A DNA stretch of 64,000 nucleotides from Acidobacteria bacterium UBA2161 (GCA_002328835.1 DCWN01000042.1:177493-241492); one strand, 5' to 3'; positions 18,764-28,544 are shown, counted from the stretch's first letter. Notes: a model not told the origin generated them from the letters alone. Made by a program: numbers and translations.

Positions 18764-20230
18764 CTACTCAGTTCGGTCGCCGATGACCCAGAGGTTGGCG
18801 CTCGAGCGGATGAACAGCTGCCCCTGTGACACCGCCACCGTGCTGAGGCAGTACGGCGTGCAGCCGTCGTCAAACGAATTCGACGAGAGGATCTCGAACT
18901 GCGGGCCTGACTGGTACACGGTCCAGAGCCCCTCCTCCTCGGTCGACACATAGATCTTGCCGTCGCCGAGGATCGGCGACGAGCTGTAGGTCCCGCTTGG
19001 CAGGCGCTCGGGACCGTAGACGATCTCGCCCGTGTCGAGCCGCAGACAGTAGACGACGCCGCGGTCGGTCACGACGTAGACATACTCGCCGTCGCTCACC
19101 GGCGTCGGCACGTCGGGCCCTCGATCGAACTCCCAGGCAATGTGGGTGTCACCGATGTCACCGGTGCCACCCGGCCGGATCGCGACCATCGGACGCACCC
19201 GGCTCGGCGCGACGATCAGGTCGCCCATGATCGTCGGCGACGCGACGATACGATACGCCCCGTTGTTCTCCGGATTGAGGACGTTCGCACGCCAGAGCTC
19301 CTCACCGGTATCGGGATCGTGCCCGGTGACCGCATCGCCGCCCGTGATCACGAGTTCCGTCTTGCCGTCGTACTCGAGCCAGACCGGCGTCGTGTAGGAA
19401 TCTGGGGACTCGCGCCGTGCCGTCGTCGGCCGCTCGATGTACCACAGCGTCTCGCCGGTCATCTTGTCGACCTTGACGAGGTACGACGGATCGTCGGTCC
19501 GCATGCCGTGGAGCACCTGCACGTAGAGGGCGTCGGCCTGCAGTAGCGGCGACGAGGCATATCCCCAGTTGAGCCCGAACGGGTAGTAGTCGTCCGAGAT
19601 GTTGCGCGACCAGATCTCGTTGCCGTCGAAATCAAACGCTTTCAGAGCGCCGACACCGGTCATCACCCAGACATGCTCGCCGTCAGTCACGGGCGACGGC
19701 GACGACATGTTCTGCTTCCGCTGCATGTTGTTGCCGTCGGCGACAAGCGCCTTCCAGGCCACGTCCTGCGTTCGGCGGTCGACCGCCCAGAGCTCGAGGC
19801 TGCCCGAGGCCGTTTCCGTCGCGATGTTGAGGAAGACCAGGTCGCCCCAGATGATTGGCGTTGACCCGCTGTAGGCCGGCAGCGGGAGCCGCCACGCGAT
19901 GTTCTCGGTCGTAAAGTCATCGCAGTTCGGCGGATGCGTCGGCACCGCCACCGAACGCCCGCCGCGTCGTCGCCCGCGCTGCCCTCGGCCGCGCTGTGGC
20001 TGGTTCCCCGGCAGGGTCAGGCTAGCCTGGACAATGCGAGGGCTCGCGGGCCCCGCGGATGCCTGGGGCACCGGGGCGCCGAGGCATTCGGCGCTCCAAC
20101 TCACCGGCAGGCTGGTTTCGGAGCTGACGCCGTTGTGGGTCGGGCCGCGCCAGTGTGGCCAGTTGTCGGCCAGGAGCGACGATCCGGCCGCGACCATCAG
20201 CGCACATACCACTCCGAGCAATCTCCGCAT
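18764..20230 (-). CDS. PQQ-like / BamB-like beta-propeller repeat protein, secreted
   Basis: Signal peptide, then NWPHWRGPTHNGVS and repeated propeller blades. It contains an Arg/Gly-rich insert (QPQRGRGQRGRRRGGR). Confidence 0.7.
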   Translation of the reverse strand: MRRLLGVVCALMVAAGSSLLADNWPHWRGPTHNGVSSETSLPVSWSAECLGAPVPQASAGPASPRIVQASLTLPGNQPQRGRGQRGRRRGGRSVAVPTHPPNCDDFTTENIAWRLPLPAYSGSTPIIWGDLVFLNIATETASGSLELWAVDRRTQDVAWKALVADGNNMQRKQNMSSPSPVTDGEHVWVMTGVGALKAFDFDGNEIWSRNISDDYYPFGLNWGYASSPLLQADALYVQVLHGMRTDDPSYLVKVDKMTGETLWYIERPTTARRESPDSYTTPVWLEYDGKTELVITGGDAVTGHDPDTGEELWRANVLNPENNGAYRIVASPTIMGDLIVAPSRVRPMVAIRPGGTGDIGDTHIAWEFDRGPDVPTPVSDGEYVYVVTDRGVVYCLRLDTGEIVYGPERLPSGTYSSSPILGDGKIYVSTEEEGLWTVYQSGPQFEILSSNSFDDGCTPYCLSTVAVSQGQLFIRSSANLWVIGDRTE

Positions 20231-20341
20231 GTCAGTGATCCCTCTTAATCGTTAGCGTCACTAGAGATACGACCCGGTTCAACCCAGCGTTTCGCTTTTC
20301 TCGTCGCGGCGCGTACCCTGTCCCGCGTCTGGCTTTGCCTC

Positions 20342-20347
20342 TATAAT
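20342..20347 (+). promoter_or_regulatory. Perfect TATAAT -10 box
   Basis: TATAAT lies 45 nt upstream of ATG 20393. GAGGG sits 7 nt before the ATG as the SD. Confidence 0.4.
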
Positions 20348-20392
20348 CGCAGACCGTCGTCGCCTAACACGCTTCCTATTGAGGGTATCGCC

Positions 20393-21571
20393 ATGCGCAC
20401 GCGAGATCTGATGCTGGGCACACTGTTCCTGGCCGCGATCGCTGTTCTCGGGGCCGGCCAGTCGTTCGTCGAGCGGACGGGGGTCGTGCGGGCCCAGAGC
20501 GGCGTCCAGGCGCCGAGGTTCGAGGTGGACCCCCTCTGGCCAAAACCGCTGCCCAACCACTGGGTCATGGGCATGACGATCGGGGTCGCCGTCGATGCCC
20601 GCGACCACGTCTTCATCGTCCACCGGCCGGGCTCGGTCTCCGCCGGCGAAAGCCCGGCGGCGAACGGCAACGCCGAGGAGTGTTGCGAGGCCGCCCCACC
20701 GATCCTGGAGTTCGACCCCGCCGGGAACCTCGTCGGCTCCTGGGGCGGACCGGGTGAGGGCTACGAGTGGCCCGAGTCGAACCACGGACTGGCCTTCGAT
20801 CACCGGGGCAATCTCTGGATCGGCGGCAACGGCGCCAACGACGCCCACATCCTCAAGTTCACCCGAAACGGGCAGTTCGTGGCGCAGTTCGGCCGGTCGG
20901 GCGCCAACGGCGGCAGCCACGACCGTGAGAACTTCGGGCGCGTGGCCAAGGTCTTCGTCGACGCGCTCGAGAACGAAGTGTACGTGGCCGACGGCTACGG
21001 CAACAGGCGCGTCGCGGTGCTCGATGCCGACTCGGGGGAATTCAAGCGCTACTGGGGCGCCTACGGCAATCGTCCGGACGACGGCGACCTCGGACGCTAC
21101 GACCCGGACGGGCCGCCAGCGCAGCAGTTCCGGAGTCCGGTCCACTGCTCCGAGCTGTCGACCGACCGTCTGCTCTACGTCTGCGATCGGGCGAACGACC
21201 GGATCCAGGTGTTCCGTCCAGATGGCACGTTCGTGAAAGAGCAGTTCGTCGAGAAGCGGACGCTGAGCGGCGGGTCGGTGTGGGACGTCGCGTTCTCACG
21301 CGACCAGTGGCAGACGTACCTCTATCTGGCCGACGGCGTGAACCAGCGCATTCACATCCTGCTGCGAGACACGCTCGAGGTACTGACCAGCTTCGGCGAC
21401 GGCGGCCGGCAGCCCGGCCAGTTCTACGGCGCGCACAGCATCGCCACGGACTCGCAGGGCAACATCTACACGACCGAGACGTTCGAGGGACGCCGGGTCC
21501 AGAAGTTCGTCTACACCGGGATCGGGAATGTCCCCCGGGGGCACCAGGGCGTCGTCTGGCCCACCGAGTAG
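20393..21571 (+). CDS. Secreted NHL/PAL-like six-bladed beta-propeller protein (paralogue of 60114..61385)
   Basis: Signal peptide. FEVDPLWPKPLPNHW, vicinal cysteines EECCE, NLVGSWGGPG, and repeated blades (YVADGYGNRRV, YVCDRANDRIQVF, IYTTETFEGRRVQKF). Confidence 0.65.
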   Translation: MRTRDLMLGTLFLAAIAVLGAGQSFVERTGVVRAQSGVQAPRFEVDPLWPKPLPNHWVMGMTIGVAVDARDHVFIVHRPGSVSAGESPAANGNAEECCEAAPPILEFDPAGNLVGSWGGPGEGYEWPESNHGLAFDHRGNLWIGGNGANDAHILKFTRNGQFVAQFGRSGANGGSHDRENFGRVAKVFVDALENEVYVADGYGNRRVAVLDADSGEFKRYWGAYGNRPDDGDLGRYDPDGPPAQQFRSPVHCSELSTDRLLYVCDRANDRIQVFRPDGTFVKEQFVEKRTLSGGSVWDVAFSRDQWQTYLYLADGVNQRIHILLRDTLEVLTSFGDGGRQPGQFYGAHSIATDSQGNIYTTETFEGRRVQKFVYTGIGNVPRGHQGVVWPTE

Positions 21572-21601
21572 ACGGCCGACGCGACTGCCGCCGCCGCAGC
21601 G

Positions 21602-22903
21602 CTACACGCCCTGGGCGACGTACTTCTTGACGGCCGCGACTCCCCGCTCGACCTCCGACTCGAGGTTGTAGAAGTGCGGTGAGAATCGCAGGCCACCGCG
21701 ATCCTGGCCGCCCCGGGTCGCGCAGCCGATCCGGTCGTTCTCGTAGAGCGCCGCCGAGAGCCGCCGAACATCGAGATTCCCCGGAAGGAACGAGACCACC
21801 GCCGCGCGGCGTGAGGGATCGGGGCTGGTCCAGACCTGAACACCATCGATCTTGTTCAGTTCCTCGATCGCCAGCGACGCCAGGTGCCGCGAGCGCTGCT
21901 CGATCGCCTGACGGCCAATGCGGGTCTGAAGCTTCAAGGCCTCACCAAACGCGATGATCGCCGGCTCGTCCCGCTGGCCAAAGCCTTCGTGCGTACGGGA
22001 GATTCCGACGCGGCCCGAGTAGGCGCTGAGGATGACCGGCCAGATCTTGTCGTGCGACCGCTGGTTCACGAACAGCACCCCCGCCTCCTTGGCGCCACAG
22101 GGCCACTTGTGGGCACTGCCGGTGTAGAAGTCGGGCTGGATGTCGCTCAGGTCGACGTTGAGCAGACCGAAACTCTGGGCGCCATCGAGGAGCGAGAGGA
22201 CGTCGTTCTCACGCGCGAGCCGGCACAGCTCGCGCGCCGGCATCAGGTCACCGACCGAACTGGTCAGATGCGTCAACGCCAGGACGCGGGTCCGCGGCAT
22301 CAGCGCCGCGCGCACCGCCTCGATGTAGTACTCGGGCCCTGGATGCGGACTAGGATTTGGCAGCTCGTTGATCGTGAAACCGAAGCGCTCACTCTTGCTC
22401 TCCCACGCTCGCTTGTTGCTCGGGTGGTTGTCGGCAAACAGGATGACCTCGTCGCCCTCGTCGAGATGCACGCCGCTCGACACCATGTTGTTCGCTTCGC
22501 TGGTGTTGCGCGTGATGACGATCTCCTCGGGCGTGACCCGCAGGAAGTCGGCAAGGAGCTGGCGCGTGTCCTCCTTGCCCTGCCCCATCTTCACGCGGTT
22601 CTGCGGCGACGGATCGCGGTCCATGTCGCGGGTGTTCTCGTACATGGCGTCGAGCGCGGGCGCGGACGACGGGCACAGGTTGGCCGCATTCATCACGCCA
22701 AGGTCGCGGGGCATGACGAACTGGTCGCGCACCGCGCCCCAGAACGATTCGGTCGGCGCGGCGGGGGTTTGCGGCAGCGCCTGCGCCGGGCCGGTCCAGG
22801 GTCGCCCGGCCACGAAATACGAGGCGGCGCCACCCACCGTCACCATGCGCGCGAAATCCCGCCGACTCAGACCGTTCGAACGTCCCTCGTGACTGGCTGC
22901 CAT
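21602..22903 (-). CDS. Class-V aminotransferase-fold PLP enzyme with Tat leader
   Basis: ATG 22903 is preceded by GAAGGAGGA. Tat leader LSRRDFARMVTVGGAASYF. PLP-lysine context GSAHKW. The body is isopenicillin-N-epimerase/cysteine-desulfurase-like. Confidence 0.75.
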   Translation of the reverse strand: MAASHEGRSNGLSRRDFARMVTVGGAASYFVAGRPWTGPAQALPQTPAAPTESFWGAVRDQFVMPRDLGVMNAANLCPSSAPALDAMYENTRDMDRDPSPQNRVKMGQGKEDTRQLLADFLRVTPEEIVITRNTSEANNMVSSGVHLDEGDEVILFADNHPSNKRAWESKSERFGFTINELPNPSPHPGPEYYIEAVRAALMPRTRVLALTHLTSSVGDLMPARELCRLARENDVLSLLDGAQSFGLLNVDLSDIQPDFYTGSAHKWPCGAKEAGVLFVNQRSHDKIWPVILSAYSGRVGISRTHEGFGQRDEPAIIAFGEALKLQTRIGRQAIEQRSRHLASLAIEELNKIDGVQVWTSPDPSRRAAVVSFLPGNLDVRRLSAALYENDRIGCATRGGQDRGGLRFSPHFYNLESEVERGVAAVKKYVAQGV

Positions 22904-22988
22904 GACCACTCCTCCTTCGGTGACCCACAAACCCGAACGCACCTTTATACACCCGCCGCGGCCGCCCGGGCAGCGCCTCGCCGCCCCC

Positions 22989-24050
22989 TCAGAACCCGGT
23001 CGGCCGCACCCAGAAGCTTTCCTCCCAGACGCCGTCCGGGGGGATGCTCTGCAATTCCGCGTAGACGCCGCGCTCGGCGAGATTGAGCGCGTTGCTGATG
23101 CCGGCCATCGGCTCGAAGCAGACGAAGTTGCGATCCTGATCGGGCGAGGCGGGCTTCGGAGCCCAGACCACCGCCGCGCGCCAGTCGCGGCCGAAGAGGA
23201 CGTCGACCTGCTGGCGGCGGCCCTTCACCGACATCACCGCCCGGCCGTCGGCGTCACGCACGAGATCGGCGAACACCTCGTCCAGTTCGTGCTCCCGCAG
23301 CGCGATCGCTCCGGGATCCGGAAACAACCGCTCGATCGGCTCAGTCTCCCCCGTCGGCAGCTTCCGGTCGTCGAGCAGCCATCGGGTCCGGGCGCCGACC
23401 GAGATCGTCCACTCGTCACGACGCGAATCGGTGAGCTGGAAGTAGGGATGAAAGCCGATCGCGACGGGCATCGGCGCTTCCGACAAATTGTGCAGCCGCG
23501 TGGCGACCTCGAGCATCCCGTCTCCGAGCCGGTAGGTCATCTCGATCGTGTGCGCGAATGGGAACTGCGAGATCCACGCCGGGTGCTTGTAGAACTCGAG
23601 CCGGCTCGTTGCCCACGCCGACGTCGCGTCGGCGGCCGCCTCCACCAGCTGCCACTCGGCGGTCGCCAGAAACCCGTGGATCGGAATCTCCCCGCGGACG
23701 TTGCCGAGCCCCATGTCGAACGCATACCGGCGTCCGTTAGCGTAGAACGCCTGCTCGTCGAGGCGGTTCGCCCAGGGGCCCATGAAGGGGATGCCGCCCA
23801 GGCCGGGCCGTGCCGCGAACTCGGCGGGCGACGAGTATGGCCACCAGACGACGGGTTCGCCGTTCACCGTCAGGGCGACGCCCAGATTGCCAACCCCTGG
23901 TGCCAGTGAGACCGCCATCCCCGTCCGCGCGTCCTCCAGCCGGACGACATCGCCGGCCGCTCGCGCCGAGAACGGTTGGGCCCACACCGACGGGCAGATC
24001 GCGAGGGCAAGCACGAAGATGGACGCAAGGCCGAGATCTCGGACCGTCAT
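22989..24050 (-). CDS. Aldose 1-epimerase (mutarotase) family protein with signal peptide
   Basis: Signal peptide LGLASIFVLALAICPSVWAQ. IPFMGPWANR, IHGF and GFHPYFQL are typical of the aldose-epimerase fold. Confidence 0.75.
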   Translation of the reverse strand: MTVRDLGLASIFVLALAICPSVWAQPFSARAAGDVVRLEDARTGMAVSLAPGVGNLGVALTVNGEPVVWWPYSSPAEFAARPGLGGIPFMGPWANRLDEQAFYANGRRYAFDMGLGNVRGEIPIHGFLATAEWQLVEAAADATSAWATSRLEFYKHPAWISQFPFAHTIEMTYRLGDGMLEVATRLHNLSEAPMPVAIGFHPYFQLTDSRRDEWTISVGARTRWLLDDRKLPTGETEPIERLFPDPGAIALREHELDEVFADLVRDADGRAVMSVKGRRQQVDVLFGRDWRAAVVWAPKPASPDQDRNFVCFEPMAGISNALNLAERGVYAELQSIPPDGVWEESFWVRPTGF

Positions 24051-24111
24051 GGTGAGGCGCCGATCTTACCTGCTCTGGACGAAATCTTCACGACCGCTCC
24101 GCCGCCGTGGG

Positions 24112-24750
24112 ATGATCGCAGCGGAAGGGGTAGTCGTGCGAACGACGATCGTGGGCCTGCTGTTGCTCGTCGCCGGCGGTGTTGCCCTGTCGAGCCAGAC
24201 CCGGACACAGGTGGCCGGCTACGCCGACGACCAGATGTACGCCTTCGAGAATTGGGCCGCCTCGGCGCCGATGCCGTGCGCCGACGCCATAGAGGCCGAC
24301 GGCATCCGGCCCAGCTCGGTGCCCGTCGCGACCGAAACGGGATGGTCGCATCCGCACCAGGCCGATCCGTTGCTGACGCTCTTCACCGTGCCGAACGGCT
24401 ACGACTTCGAGACCAGCGGCGGCGCCACAATCGCCGCGGGCGGCCTGGATCTCTATTCGGTCGAAGACGGCGTCCCCGGGTGGGCCGATTCGCTGATGGT
24501 GACCAGCCTGAACCGCGGCGCGATCTATCGGGTTGGCCTGAGCGACGATGGCCGGCGGGCGCCCGATGCGCCGGTCGAGATGTTCAAGTCGACGAATCGC
24601 TACCGGGACCTGGCAATTCATCCTGACGGACGTGCCGTCTACATCGTCACGGACACCCGCGGCCCCACACGCGACAGCTCCGGCGCCGGCACGCGGGAAC
24701 TGGCGAATCCGGGCGCGCTTCTCGAGTTCACGTACGTCGTCCCAGAGTAA
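24112..24750 (+). CDS. C-terminal fragment of a soluble quinoprotein glucose dehydrogenase homologue (possible gene remnant)
   Basis: In-frame ATG at 24112 of track ORF 23782..24750. The tail MFKSTNRYRDLAIHPDGRAVYIVTDTRGP...LANPGALLEFTY closely resembles the sGDH (GdhB) C-terminus. The N-terminal two thirds of the propeller are absent, replaced by a short hydrophobic segment. Confidence 0.5.
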   Translation: MIAAEGVVVRTTIVGLLLLVAGGVALSSQTRTQVAGYADDQMYAFENWAASAPMPCADAIEADGIRPSSVPVATETGWSHPHQADPLLTLFTVPNGYDFETSGGATIAAGGLDLYSVEDGVPGWADSLMVTSLNRGAIYRVGLSDDGRRAPDAPVEMFKSTNRYRDLAIHPDGRAVYIVTDTRGPTRDSSGAGTRELANPGALLEFTYVVPE

Positions 24751-24788
24751 CTCCGCCGCGCTCGCTTCCGAGCACCTCGGTCAGGTCT

Positions 24789-25613
24789 CTACAGTTCTGC
24801 TCTGTTCACGATGAAGGCCTGCGGATTGCACTGGTACGTGCCGACGTTCCCCTCTTCGTCGATCTCCACGATGCGATAGCCGCGATAGTTCGTGCCCCAG
24901 TCGCCGCCGATGTGGCCATCGAACAGGTAGGCTCTCTCGTTGGCATACATGAAGCCGTCGACATCGTGATCATGACCGTGGAAGACGGCCGCGACGTTCG
25001 AGGTGGTCTCGAGAAGCGACGACGCCTCCAGGCAGTCGACACCGTACCTCGTCACCTTGCGCTGGCTGATGTGGAGAAATGCGAAGATGTGCCGCTTGTT
25101 TCGATAGTGGGATAGCCGCTCCTCGAGCCAGTCGACGTTCACGCAGAGATAGTCCCCATCGATATTCGATGTCGTGCCGAGCAGAAAGGCACAGTCGGCC
25201 TGTTCGAAGTCGTGGTTCTCGCCGTATCCCCACACCTCCTCCCAGTGCGACGCGGTCGTCATGTCGTGGTTGCCTTTGGTGACGAAGTAAGGGGCCTCGA
25301 GGCGCTCGTAGTACTCTCGCACCTGCGGCAACAGCCGCGGCTCGTTGTGAATCAGATCGCCGTTGAAGACGACGAAATCGAGGCCCTTGCTCCGGTGCTC
25401 GTCGTTGAGCCACGCCATCATCTCTTCGTGGAACCTCACGTAGTTCGTGTTCGCCTGACCGAAGTGGCCATCGGATGCGACCGCGAATCGAAGCGGCGAC
25501 GACACTTGGGCTCGTCCGCCACTCGCGGCCGGAGCGGCTCGGATGAATGGTGACGCGCACACCGCACCAGAGATCGCCTTGATGAAGGTTCGCCTGTCAG
25601 ATCGTCTTGGCAT
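24789..25613 (-). CDS. Calcineurin-like metallophosphoesterase with Tat-type leader
   Basis: An internal ATG at 25613 gives MPRRSDRRTFIKAISGAV. Motifs VASDGHFG, NGDLIHN, GNHD and GHDHD. Confidence 0.75.
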   Translation of the reverse strand: MPRRSDRRTFIKAISGAVCASPFIRAAPAASGGRAQVSSPLRFAVASDGHFGQANTNYVRFHEEMMAWLNDEHRSKGLDFVVFNGDLIHNEPRLLPQVREYYERLEAPYFVTKGNHDMTTASHWEEVWGYGENHDFEQADCAFLLGTTSNIDGDYLCVNVDWLEERLSHYRNKRHIFAFLHISQRKVTRYGVDCLEASSLLETTSNVAAVFHGHDHDVDGFMYANERAYLFDGHIGGDWGTNYRGYRIVEIDEEGNVGTYQCNPQAFIVNRAEL

Positions 25614-25664
25614 AACCTTAGGAATAGCAGAGGACACGCGTTCCCAGCAATAGGGAGTCTCACC

Positions 25665-26864
25665 ATGTCCGAGAGCGGATTCGACCGTCGCGCCTTCCTG
25701 GCCTCCGGGCCCGCGGCCCTCGTGGGTCTCAATGCCCTGGGCGTCAACGCCCAGGAAGCCCCGGTCAGCCCCACGGATGCAATCACGGTCACGAATATCG
25801 AAACCTTCGTCCTGACGAACTCCTGGGTCTTCGTGAAGATCTCCACCGATGCCGGCATCACCGGCTGGGGCGAAATGCTCAAGGACGACGCCAAGGCCTG
25901 CGCCGCGGGCGCGCTCGAGGTCGGCGACTACCTGATCGGGAAGGACCCCCGCCCCGTCGTGCACCACTGGCAGGCGATCCACCGGGGCGCGTTCTACCGG
26001 GGTGGTCCGATCAAGACGGCCATCTCGTCCGGTATCGACCAGGCGCTCTGGGACATCACCGGCAAGTGCTATGGCGTGCCCGTCTACCAACTCTTCGGCG
26101 GGCCGACGCGCGACCGGGCGAAGGTCTACGGCACCGTCAGTGAGGAAACCGGCGTCACGGCGATGAAGGTCGGTCCGAGATCAGCCCGTCAGCCTTTCAA
26201 ATACACGGAAGGCCGGAAGTTCATCGAGGAGGTCGCCGAACGCTTCGGGGCGCTGCGCGATCAGCACGGCATCGGCGTGGACATCGGTCTCGATTTTCAC
26301 GGCGCCGTTCAGCCGACCACAGCTAGCCTGCTCATCAAAGCCCTCGAGCCCTACCATCCCTGGTTCTACGAGGAGATCGTCCAGGCGCTCAATATCGACG
26401 TCATGGCCGACCTCGCCCTGAAGACGAACATCCCGCTGGCTACCGGTGAACGCGTGTTCACCAAGTGGGGGTTCAGGGAGATCCTGGAGAAGAGGGCCGC
26501 GATGATCCTGCAGCCCGACGTCTGCTACGCCGGCGGCATCACCGAGCTGAAGATCATCGCCGGGATGGCCGAGGCCTACTACGCGCCGATCGCGCCGCAC
26601 AATCCGAATGGCCCATGCTCGCTCGCCGCTAGCTTGCAGCTGGCCGCGTGCATCCCGAACTTCATGGTTCAGGAGCGTGGCGACCGAGAGTACGACCTCC
26701 TCGCCGAGCCCATGCCCGCCGTCGTGGACGGCTACCGGCCGATCCCGACGGGCCCCGGCCTCGGCATCACCATCGACGAAGACAAGCTGATGGCGGAGGT
26801 CGGCGAACCCAGGCCGTACACCGCTCAATTCGACTCCGATGACGGCTCGGTCGTCGACTGGTAG
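25665..26864 (+). CDS. D-galactonate dehydratase-like enolase-superfamily enzyme with an N-terminal Tat leader
   Basis: SD GGGAG 7 nt upstream. Leader MSESGFDRRAFLASGPAALVGLNALGVNAQEA. The body is colinear with DgoD (GWGE, GDYLIGKDP, AFYRGGP, GIDQALWDITG, DFHG, YEEI, ATGER, QPD..AGGITE, APHNP). Confidence 0.8.
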   Translation: MSESGFDRRAFLASGPAALVGLNALGVNAQEAPVSPTDAITVTNIETFVLTNSWVFVKISTDAGITGWGEMLKDDAKACAAGALEVGDYLIGKDPRPVVHHWQAIHRGAFYRGGPIKTAISSGIDQALWDITGKCYGVPVYQLFGGPTRDRAKVYGTVSEETGVTAMKVGPRSARQPFKYTEGRKFIEEVAERFGALRDQHGIGVDIGLDFHGAVQPTTASLLIKALEPYHPWFYEEIVQALNIDVMADLALKTNIPLATGERVFTKWGFREILEKRAAMILQPDVCYAGGITELKIIAGMAEAYYAPIAPHNPNGPCSLAASLQLAACIPNFMVQERGDREYDLLAEPMPAVVDGYRPIPTGPGLGITIDEDKLMAEVGEPRPYTAQFDSDDGSVVDW

Positions 26865-28392
26865 AACGCTCGTCGGTGCGGCCATCCTCTGCGGGATGGT
26901 GCTGGTCGCGGCCGGCGTCCTCGCGGCGTGGCAGCCGCAAGCACCGACAACGCCCCGCAACCGTTTCGAGGCGGCAGCCGCCCTCTTCGAGCGGGAGTGC
27001 GCGGCATGTCACGGCTCCGATAGCTCTGGCGGTCGTGCGGTCAGCCTGTTCGATCAGGCCTGGCTCGATTCGACCGACGACGACGCCATCGTCACGGCAA
27101 TCGAGAACGGCGTGCCCGACACCGAGATGGCACCGTACCGCGATCTGCTGGAGGCCCCGGACGTATGGGCGCTCGTCCAGTTCATCCGTACCCGTGCCGG
27201 CAGTTTCGTCGAAGCGCCTGCGTATGTAGCCCGCGCGGACGGCGAAGTCGTCGACTCGGAACGCCACACATTCAGGGTCGACACGGTCGTCGGCGGGCTG
27301 GAAACGCCCTGGGCCCTGGTGTTCCTGCCCGACGGGCGGATGCTGGTGACCGAACGGCGCGGGACCCTGCGCATCGTCGCCAACAATGAGCTCTCCGAGC
27401 CGGTGACAGGCACCCCCGAGGTCTGGGAGCGTCAGGACGCCGGTATGCACGACGTCGAGATTCATCCAGAGTATGCCGACAACGGCTGGATCTATCTGGC
27501 GTATTCGGAGGTCGCGCCCGGCCATACGCCGTCCGCGTCCGAGGCGACGCCAGGCTCACCCCCGGGGCGTGAACCGCCGAGTCCACCGAACATGCAGGTA
27601 TTCATTCGCGGCCGGATCGACGACGACAACAGGTGGGTCGACCAGGAACTGATCTATCGCGCCTCACTCGATCTCTATACCTCCAGCGACACGCACTACG
27701 GCACGCGGCTCGTCTTCGACGATGCCAACCACCTCTTCTTCGCGATCGGCGAGCGCGGCGTGATGGAACACGCGCAGGACCTGTCGAGCCCGCTGGGCAA
27801 GATTCATCGCGTCAACGACGACGGCTCGATCCCCGACGACAATCCGTTCGTCGGCGAGGGCGCCGCCGTGCCCTCGATCTGGAGCTACGGCCACCGGAAC
27901 CCCGAGGGCCTGGCCTGGCACCCGGAGACCGGCGCGCTCTGGGAATCGGAGCACGGGCCGCGAGGCGGTGACGAGATCAATCTCATCGAACCCGGACACA
28001 ACTACGGCTGGGGCGTCATCTCGTCCGGCATCCAGCGGGGCATCACCGAGGCGGCCCGCGACGGCATGGAGTCACCGATCGTCTACTACACGCCGACGCT
28101 CGCCCCAGCGGGGATCGCGTTCTATACAGGCAATCCATTTTCGGAATGGACGAACAGCTTGTTGGTCGGCAGCCTGTGGGGCCAGGAGCTCCGACGACTC
28201 GAGATCGTCGGCCGGGAGGTGACGCACCAGGAGGTGTTGTTCGCCCAGTTCGGCCGCGTGCGGGACGTCGTCGTCGGCCCCGACGGCTACGTCTACGTCG
28301 CGCGGCAGGATCCGACCGGCGGCAGCACCGGCGTGTCGCTGACCGCCTCGACACCGGGCTCGGTGATCAGACTCGTGCCCGTCGAGGACTAG
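26839..28392 (+). CDS. Cytochrome c fused to a PQQ-dependent (sGDH fold) sugar dehydrogenase
   Basis: N-terminal anchor/signal, haem motif CAACHG, then VVGGLETPWALVFLPDGRMLVTERRGTLRIV, GERG, GHRNPEGLAW, GGDEIN and NYGWG. The start overlaps the upstream gene by 26 nt. Confidence 0.8.
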   Translation: MTARSSTGRTLVGAAILCGMVLVAAGVLAAWQPQAPTTPRNRFEAAAALFERECAACHGSDSSGGRAVSLFDQAWLDSTDDDAIVTAIENGVPDTEMAPYRDLLEAPDVWALVQFIRTRAGSFVEAPAYVARADGEVVDSERHTFRVDTVVGGLETPWALVFLPDGRMLVTERRGTLRIVANNELSEPVTGTPEVWERQDAGMHDVEIHPEYADNGWIYLAYSEVAPGHTPSASEATPGSPPGREPPSPPNMQVFIRGRIDDDNRWVDQELIYRASLDLYTSSDTHYGTRLVFDDANHLFFAIGERGVMEHAQDLSSPLGKIHRVNDDGSIPDDNPFVGEGAAVPSIWSYGHRNPEGLAWHPETGALWESEHGPRGGDEINLIEPGHNYGWGVISSGIQRGITEAARDGMESPIVYYTPTLAPAGIAFYTGNPFSEWTNSLLVGSLWGQELRRLEIVGREVTHQEVLFAQFGRVRDVVVGPDGYVYVARQDPTGGSTGVSLTASTPGSVIRLVPVED

Positions 28393-28544
28393 GCGTTCAC
28401 CCTATTCCGGCCTCAGCCCCGGACGGCCACGATGAGAAGACGGCCCTTCCAGTAGCCATCGTGGGCACCGGCTGTAATCCTGGGCGCTTCGTGCTACGGT
28501 ATCGATCCGCGTCGATCGGATCTGTCATACCCAAGGGGGTGGCC

